A stretch of DNA of 20,897 nt, taken from Armatimonadia bacterium. GTDB lineage: Bacteria > Armatimonadota > Zipacnadia > Zipacnadales > UBA11051. The stretch's first letter is position 1. The number at the start of each line of letters is the position of its first letter. The notes beneath the pieces are model-generated. The model was not told where the DNA came from, ran no database searches, and was given only the letters and a program-made list of their open reading frames with translations. The translations under genes and the position numbers were made by a program. The DNA lies in NCBI GenBank assembly GCA_039683575.1, contig JBDKRC010000268.1, positions 1 to 20,897 of the forward strand, written 5' to 3'. Shown here piece by piece: positions 9,305 through 15,359 of the stretch.

Positions 9305-9344
9305 GATTTCTCTTCTGTAGAATAGCCGCCCCGTTCCCCAAGTC

Positions 9345-11303
9345 CTACTTCATCTGGGGCAGGATGATGCCGCGCAGGATGATCTTCTGGCAGAACAAGA
9401 AGACCAATAGCACGGGTATAGAGTTCACAATGAACGAGGCCATCACCATGTACGGCGCGCCTGTCAGGGTCTGCGAGAACTGGTACGTCCACACCGCAAT
9501 CGTCCAGATCTTGGGGTCCTGGGCCACGATGATTGCCCATTCCCAGCCGTTGTAGGCGGCGATGAAGGCGTTCAGCATCCCAACCGCGAGGATTGGCTTG
9601 ACCAGCGGCAGCGAGATCCGCCAGAAAACGGTGACTTCCGGCGCCCCATCAATCGAGGCCGCCTCGTAAAGCTCCTTGGGCAGCGAGTCGAAAAAGCCCT
9701 TGAGCAGGAAGATCGTCATGCCGTTGGCCGCGCCCGGCAGGACCAGCGCGGCGAAGGTATTGAGCATTCCCAGGTCCCGCAGCAGCAGGAAGCCCGGGAT
9801 GGCCGCCACCGCCGCCGGGAAGGCCATGGTGGCGAGACAGAACACGATGATCTTCTCCGACGCCCGGAGCCTGAAGCGGCTCAGGGCGTACGCCGCCAGT
9901 GGGTTCACCGTCAGGGTGATGAAGATCGCGAGCAAGACCAGGATAATGGTATTGCGCACCGCGAGCCCACGGTGCAGCAGGTAGTCAATGACCGCCACGT
10001 AGTTCCCGCCGAGGTTGTCGGCAAAGAATGCCCACTCCTTGTGTCCAAACGTCGTCAGCAGGGCCTGCCCAAACGGGATACCAAGCGCCTGCAGCGAGGC
10101 CAGCTTCAGCCCGTACGCGGCGCTAATGGCCTCGACGCTCCCGTAGCGCTTGAGCGCGAACTTCTGGAAAGCCTGTTCAGGCAGCGTGTCGCGAATCTGC
10201 CACTGCCCCACTGACACTTCCGTCCGGACAAAGTCCATCCAGACGCGCCCCAGCGGCCCGTCGGGCACTGTCGCAGTCAGCTTGATGTCTTCCCAGCGCG
10301 AGACCGGCGTCCAGGCCTGCCCCGTCCCCGCCAGCACCCGGTTCAGATAGTCTACCGTGGGGAAGCGGTCCTGCAGGAACTGCTGGAACAACTGCTGACG
10401 GCCCTGTACGCTGATCTCGATGTGCCGCATCGGGAACTCGGTGAGCAGGAACCCATGCCAGCGCGCCAGCATCTCCGGCGCCGCGTCCACCGGGACCGGG
10501 AACGGCAGGGCGGCCAGATCGGCGGACTTGAGCTTCTCATCCTGCTTGGCGACGTAGTCCTCCCAGATGAACCGCAGCGCCGCCGGGCGCAAGTACCCGG
10601 CCGTAGCCCCGCCATCCTTCAGGTAAGGGGTGAACTGATTCTGCCGGTAAGCCTTGCGGAATTCCAGCAAGTCGGAGTACCGGACGTCACGCTCAGGCGT
10701 GTAACTCGCCTGATCAATCGGCTCGCCGCTCCACTCGCTGGCGTTCACCTTGGCAAAGTCGTCAATGGACATCTGCCACGCGCGGTTGAGCTTGTCGAGC
10801 GTCCCATACCGCGAGCGCAGGAATGGTGCGATGTAGCGGTTGTCATAGGCCAGAATCGTCTCGGTGACGTCCCAATCAGCCATGAAGTCGGCATAGTCTT
10901 TCGCGGCTGTCTCCAGACACTGCCGCTGCGCCGGGTCCTTCAGCCGCGCCAGTTGCTTGCCCGCCCACTGGTCAGAGGCCTTGGTATCGTCGCCGATCTG
11001 GCTCCAGATCGACCACTCTTCAGGCAGGTCGGGGAAATACTGCCGAAGCTGCCGTAGCGAGGCCCGGTGAGCCGGCGGGAAATACCCGCACAGCATGTGC
11101 ATGAACCGGTCCTCGCGCGCCCACACATACCGCGGCAGGGGATCGCGGCGGTCATAGTCAAAACCATTGCTGACCGAGCCGGTGAGCATGACCAGGAAGG
11201 GGTAGACCATCGTGATTCCGCCGAGGATCAAGCTGACGTAGATCCAGACGGTAACAGCCCGACCCTTCGCTGATTTGCGGTCAATATCGCTGATGATTGG
11301 CAT
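9345..11303 (-). CDS. Carbohydrate ABC importer permease (MalG/UgpE-type) with a very large extracytoplasmic insert
   Basis: 652 aa with a GGAG RBS. TM1 ends in YPFLVMLTGS. The C-terminal core has NY...NT...LAAYALSRF and the EAA loop LPKELYEAASIDGA...ISLPLVKP. About 390 soluble residues lie between TM1 and TM2. Confidence 0.92.
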   Translation of the reverse strand: MPIISDIDRKSAKGRAVTVWIYVSLILGGITMVYPFLVMLTGSVSNGFDYDRRDPLPRYVWAREDRFMHMLCGYFPPAHRASLRQLRQYFPDLPEEWSIWSQIGDDTKASDQWAGKQLARLKDPAQRQCLETAAKDYADFMADWDVTETILAYDNRYIAPFLRSRYGTLDKLNRAWQMSIDDFAKVNASEWSGEPIDQASYTPERDVRYSDLLEFRKAYRQNQFTPYLKDGGATAGYLRPAALRFIWEDYVAKQDEKLKSADLAALPFPVPVDAAPEMLARWHGFLLTEFPMRHIEISVQGRQQLFQQFLQDRFPTVDYLNRVLAGTGQAWTPVSRWEDIKLTATVPDGPLGRVWMDFVRTEVSVGQWQIRDTLPEQAFQKFALKRYGSVEAISAAYGLKLASLQALGIPFGQALLTTFGHKEWAFFADNLGGNYVAVIDYLLHRGLAVRNTIILVLLAIFITLTVNPLAAYALSRFRLRASEKIIVFCLATMAFPAAVAAIPGFLLLRDLGMLNTFAALVLPGAANGMTIFLLKGFFDSLPKELYEAASIDGAPEVTVFWRISLPLVKPILAVGMLNAFIAAYNGWEWAIIVAQDPKIWTIAVWTYQFSQTLTGAPYMVMASFIVNSIPVLLVFLFCQKIILRGIILPQMK

Positions 11304-11363
11304 GCAGTAACTCCGACAGTAGATCTAGGTCCGCGCTCCGCCGCCGTTTCCGGCCCGTCTGCT

Positions 11364-14018
11364 CTAGTCCCCCTTAGCCTGCCGGAAATCAACCCTCCGC
11401 AAAATCCTCAACTGCATATACGTGAACCCGATCAGGATGCTCCCCAGAATCCACGCATAGCTCGTCGCCAGGCTGAAGCGCATGTTCACGTACGCTTCCT
11501 GCCAGATCGCCATCCCCATGACCATCGTCTCTTTCCCCGGTCCGCCGAAGGTCAGGAGGAAGATCTGGCCCATGGACTGGAACGTCCCGATGAAGGCGCC
11601 GACGAAGTTGATCAGCACCAGTGGCGCGATTGTCGGCAGCGTGATGTGCCGGATGCGGCCCAGGATCGTCGCCCCATCTATGTTAGCGGCTTCATATAGC
11701 TCTTCGGGCACTGACTTGAGCGCCGCGAGGTAGATCAGACTACCGATGCCGGCCGCCGCCCAGACGCTCGGCAGAATCACGCAGGCCATTACCGTGTGCG
11801 GGTTACCGAGCCAGTCCACCGGCTTGAGGTCCCACATCCCCAGAATCGGCGCCAGTAGCCGGTTTATGGTGCCCTGCGCGGTCCCTGCGTACATCTCTTT
11901 CCACATCAGCGTGACCACGAGGCCCGAGGTCATCTGCGGCAGGAAGAACAGCGTGCGGAAGAACACCTTGAATCGTGGCACCTCGGTCAGGAAGAACGCC
12001 AGGATGATCGGCGTGCAGAAGGCCAGGCCGAGGTTCCAGAGCACGAATCGGAACGTGGTGAAGAGGTAGTGGTAGAAGTTGGGGTCCAGCGCGATGCTGA
12101 TGAAGTTGCTCAAGCCGACGAACGGGGACCGGCCGACCACCTTGTAGTCCTGGAAGGCCATCACAAGCCCGCGCGCCAGCGGATAGTAGCCCCACAGCGC
12201 AATCGAGGCCACTGCCGGCAGCAGCATCAGCCATGGCAGCCAGCCCTTGTACACGCCCGCTTTGCTCTCCGTGCGCTTCATCTGGTCGCGGATGATCAGG
12301 ACCGTGAAAAACGCCAAGAAGAGCGCGATGAAGGCAGCGATGATCCGCGCTTTGGGCCGGTACTGGTCCAGCACCTCTCGCGGGCGCTCGAACATGATGC
12401 CGGTGTTGGCATCGCGTTCGAGGTCCTTCAGGGCCGTATTATAGTCAAACTCCTTGCCGCTCGGGCGCAGCACCAGGTCAATGACCTCGCGCTGGTAGAA
12501 GTCGCGGAACTGCAGCCACTTGCCCATGAAGGGCTCCACGACTTCCAGCAGCTTCCCCGCCTCGATCTGCTGCCACATCTGCAGGTTCTCGGGCGGCATC
12601 TCGCGCAGGTAGTCTTTGAAGCCCAGGCGCTCGAGGTCCCGCGGGTTCAGGAACTTGGCCTGTCCGGCCGCGACCTTCCGCCTGATGTCCTCGTCCGAGC
12701 CCTCCGGGCTGCAGATCCGGCGCATCATGTCCCAGACCAGGTCCCGGTAGGCTTTCTTCTCCTGCGGGGTATCGCCGCCGCGCCGCAGCACGTCCTTGCC
12801 GATCATGAAGAAGGAGTTCGACGCCTGCAGGACCGGCCGGCAGCTGCTGTTCATGCCCGGGAAGGGCATCATCCCGAGGTCATCCGGCGGGATGCCCAGA
12901 TTTTGAAACTCCGTCATGTCTCCGGCCCAAAGCGGGTACATCGCCAGGTCGCGCCCGAGCCGCTTGAGCGTGTCGGTCAGGGCCGTCGTCGTGACGCCGA
13001 TGCTGCCCTCGACCACGTCGTCGGGGCTGAAGACGATCCGCTTGCCGCGGAACATCACATAGCCGTTGTCGACATCCTGCTTTGTCAGTTCCACCGGCTC
13101 GTGCGTACTACGGTCCATGATCCACGGCGCCCAGCGCAGCCGGTAGTAGAAGGCCACCGCGGCCGTGCACTCCGGCGAGGCGACATTGCAGCGCCAGGTC
13201 GGCACCACCCTCGAGACGTCCTCACCGCAGGGGCAGACGAACTGCGTCGCCTGCTCGTTGAAGGTCACTGTCTTGCCGCAGGCCGTGCACTTGCGGTCCT
13301 GCACCACGATGCTCGACCCGGTTGTGGCCACCCACGGCGCGAACGCCCAGCTTTGCGAGGTCAGTTCGAGGCCATAGGTCTTCTTCACGGGGTCATAGAG
13401 CAACCGGACCCAGCGGATGAACTCGTCATAGGTCTTCGGCGGGTGCATCGGGTCGAGTCCCGCCTTGCGCAGGAGCGTCTTGCTGTACAGGATACCCACA
13501 TAGGTTCCGCCCCGGTTGGGGAGCGCGTACGCCTTGCCGTTGACCGTCACGACCTGCCGGTACAGCGGCTTGATCTTCATCCAGTCCGCCCACTTGGTCT
13601 CGTCCGAATCGATCTGCCCGTTCAGGTCGCGCTTGCCCTGCTTGTTCAGCTTCGGCTTGCCATTGGCCAGAACGCCGTCCTCGCCGATCCACTCTGTGAG
13701 CGGGTATGCCAACCGCTGCTCGACTGCCTGCCGGATATCGGTCTCGAAGATATCGGGGCCGATGTTCGCCGCCATCGCCATGGCCAAAGACGCGCGCGAG
13801 CCCTCCGCCGGCATCTTGATGCCATCCCACTGCACCAGCCGCACGTTCGGATGCGCCGCAAGAAACTCGCGGATGATCTGCGGCTGACGGTTCTGAGCGT
13901 TGTAACGTGAGGTGACGGAGATCCTGAAGAGCTTCCCGTCGCTGGCCTGGTCAGGCGCAGCGGCAGTCCAGCCGGCAAGCAGCAAACAGGCCAGGACGAG
14001 ACAGTAACGCAGTCTCAT
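11364..14018 (-). CDS. Fusion of extracellular sugar-binding protein and MalF/UgpA-type ABC permease
   Basis: Start moved from 14057 to ATG 14018 (AAAGGA RBS, signal peptide MRLRYCLVLACLLLAGWTAAA). SBP family 1 motifs FLAAHPNVRL, GPDI, NGKAYALP, LYSKTLLRKAGL, PPKTYDE. Permease motifs YYPLARGL, FVGLSNF, WLGNP and EAA loop VPEELYEAANIDGA...ITLP. Confidence 0.92.
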   Translation of the reverse strand: MRLRYCLVLACLLLAGWTAAAPDQASDGKLFRISVTSRYNAQNRQPQIIREFLAAHPNVRLVQWDGIKMPAEGSRASLAMAMAANIGPDIFETDIRQAVEQRLAYPLTEWIGEDGVLANGKPKLNKQGKRDLNGQIDSDETKWADWMKIKPLYRQVVTVNGKAYALPNRGGTYVGILYSKTLLRKAGLDPMHPPKTYDEFIRWVRLLYDPVKKTYGLELTSQSWAFAPWVATTGSSIVVQDRKCTACGKTVTFNEQATQFVCPCGEDVSRVVPTWRCNVASPECTAAVAFYYRLRWAPWIMDRSTHEPVELTKQDVDNGYVMFRGKRIVFSPDDVVEGSIGVTTTALTDTLKRLGRDLAMYPLWAGDMTEFQNLGIPPDDLGMMPFPGMNSSCRPVLQASNSFFMIGKDVLRRGGDTPQEKKAYRDLVWDMMRRICSPEGSDEDIRRKVAAGQAKFLNPRDLERLGFKDYLREMPPENLQMWQQIEAGKLLEVVEPFMGKWLQFRDFYQREVIDLVLRPSGKEFDYNTALKDLERDANTGIMFERPREVLDQYRPKARIIAAFIALFLAFFTVLIIRDQMKRTESKAGVYKGWLPWLMLLPAVASIALWGYYPLARGLVMAFQDYKVVGRSPFVGLSNFISIALDPNFYHYLFTTFRFVLWNLGLAFCTPIILAFFLTEVPRFKVFFRTLFFLPQMTSGLVVTLMWKEMYAGTAQGTINRLLAPILGMWDLKPVDWLGNPHTVMACVILPSVWAAAGIGSLIYLAALKSVPEELYEAANIDGATILGRIRHITLPTIAPLVLINFVGAFIGTFQSMGQIFLLTFGGPGKETMVMGMAIWQEAYVNMRFSLATSYAWILGSILIGFTYMQLRILRRVDFRQAKGD

Positions 14019-14081
14019 GTGTGATCCTTTGGGTCGGTGAGGCGCGGCGGAGGGCACGCCCGGAGGATTGGACAGACGGAG

Positions 14082-14112
14082 AATTTGCCAGAGGATTTCG
14101 ACACTCTCCTGC
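14082..14112 (-). promoter_or_regulatory. Putative alternative-sigma promoter GCAGGA-N19-CAAATT
   Basis: Lies about 64 nt upstream of ATG 14018 and matches the motif at 6380-6409. Confidence 0.35.
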
Positions 14113-14188
14113 CGCTTTGGTTTCGGTGTCCCCCCCCCCGGTTTTTTGTCAATATATACCAGCTACGGTTGGCATTCCCACGCCACAT

Positions 14189-14230
14189 ACGGCGACGGAG
14201 CCTCTGCTCACGCAAAGGCTCCGTCCCCGT
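14189..14230 (-). terminator. Strong stem-loop downstream of the RidA-like gene (possible terminator or mRNA 3'-end stabiliser)
   Basis: Minus strand GACGGAGCCTTTGC-GTGA-GCAGAGGCTCCGTC: 14 bp including one G-U pair, with a GNRA tetraloop, extendable by ACGG/CCGT. It starts 23 nt after the stop at 14254 and has no U-tract. Confidence 0.55.
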
Positions 14231-14253
14231 CTCAGCAATTCGCTCCAGGCCTC

Positions 14254-15291
14254 CTACTTCACAGCGTCGACCTCCAGCTCAAACAGCAGGTCATCGCGGC
14301 AGATTACGTTATGGGTCACGATCACCGGCAATTCCGGCATCCCCCTCGCTACTCGCGTCTGCTCGAATACCCCCGCATCCTCGGGATACCGCACGTAGGC
14401 CGTCGCCCGGGTGACATCAGTCCATTCCATCCCGCGCGACTGCAGTATTGCCTCGATCACCTCGCACGTGAGCCGCGCCTGTCCAGCCACATCACCGATG
14501 TGAGCCGTTTTCCCGTCCGGCGCAATGCCCGCCGTTCCAGAAATGAACAGCCGCTGTACTCCCGGCATATCCACTTCCACCGCGCGGCTGAAAGAGCTGC
14601 CATACGCCAGCGCCGGGCACTGCAATGGCGAGGGCACCGCCTGCACCCTAACCTGCTCACTACTGGGCTTGATCGCATATACCCCGGTCATCATCGCCGC
14701 GCCTACGGGGTTGCTCCCGCCAATCCCGGTGCTCGCCGGCACCATACGGTCGAAGACCCCACGGTCGGTGAAGAACTGTGTTCGCACGGGGTTGAACTCG
14801 TCATACCACGAGAGAATGTCATCGAGGAAGAGCCAGGTCCGGGCCACATGTGAGAAGTCCATGCCCGCCAGCGCCAGTGCCTCCTCCATCCGCTCAAACG
14901 TGGCCCGGGCCTGCACAGGACGCGCCGCCGTCGTGTCGGTCGCATAGATCCCGCTCAGCAAGCACTCTGTGGCCTCCGGGCTCTCCCATACCGCGCCAAC
15001 CGGCTGGCCGTCCAGCACCAGCGGCAGCACATCGGCTCCGATCACGCCATGCAGGTGCGCTCCCCCCAGCCCTGCCGTTCCGCCCGTCACCCGCGTCAGC
15101 GCAAACCCGAGAGCGGCGGGGGGGATTTCCTCCGTGCCGAACACTTCGCCCCCCACCACGGTCGCCCCAAGCTCCCGCAGTCGCTCCGCCATACCTTGCA
15201 GCCCCGCGGCCGTCGTCTGCGCCCCTGCAACAAAGACCTCTCGCCCCACCATGCGCGTAACCAACCCGGCTTCGGCAGAACCCTCGGACAT
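14254..15291 (-). CDS. Multi-domain RidA/YjgF-fold protein, FkbO/Hyg5 chorismatase-like
   Basis: Start moved from 15414 to ATG 15291, which has a GGAGG RBS and removes the overlap with the upstream gene, giving 345 aa. Motifs RTWLFLDDI, PASTGIG, SPLQCPALAYG, SFSRA, LFISGTAGI, HIGD and ICRDDLLFELE. Confidence 0.8.
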   Translation of the reverse strand: MSEGSAEAGLVTRMVGREVFVAGAQTTAAGLQGMAERLRELGATVVGGEVFGTEEIPPAALGFALTRVTGGTAGLGGAHLHGVIGADVLPLVLDGQPVGAVWESPEATECLLSGIYATDTTAARPVQARATFERMEEALALAGMDFSHVARTWLFLDDILSWYDEFNPVRTQFFTDRGVFDRMVPASTGIGGSNPVGAAMMTGVYAIKPSSEQVRVQAVPSPLQCPALAYGSSFSRAVEVDMPGVQRLFISGTAGIAPDGKTAHIGDVAGQARLTCEVIEAILQSRGMEWTDVTRATAYVRYPEDAGVFEQTRVARGMPELPVIVTHNVICRDDLLFELEVDAVK

Positions 15292-15359
15292 GAAGTTATC
15301 CTCCAGACGATCATGAACCATTGCGGTGAATCCTCCTGCCCCCCGCGTGTTTCGCAGTC

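Noticed and set aside
9222..9344. Possible riboswitch or ncRNA upstream of the ABC transporter gene
   Set aside because: Only one hairpin and no aptamer consensus that I recognise. An Rfam/Infernal scan would be needed to exclude it fully.
12069..13910. 613-aa plus-strand ORF
   Set aside because: Antisense shadow of the SBP-permease gene. Long reverse-frame ORFs are expected in GC-rich DNA, and it has no recognisable motifs.
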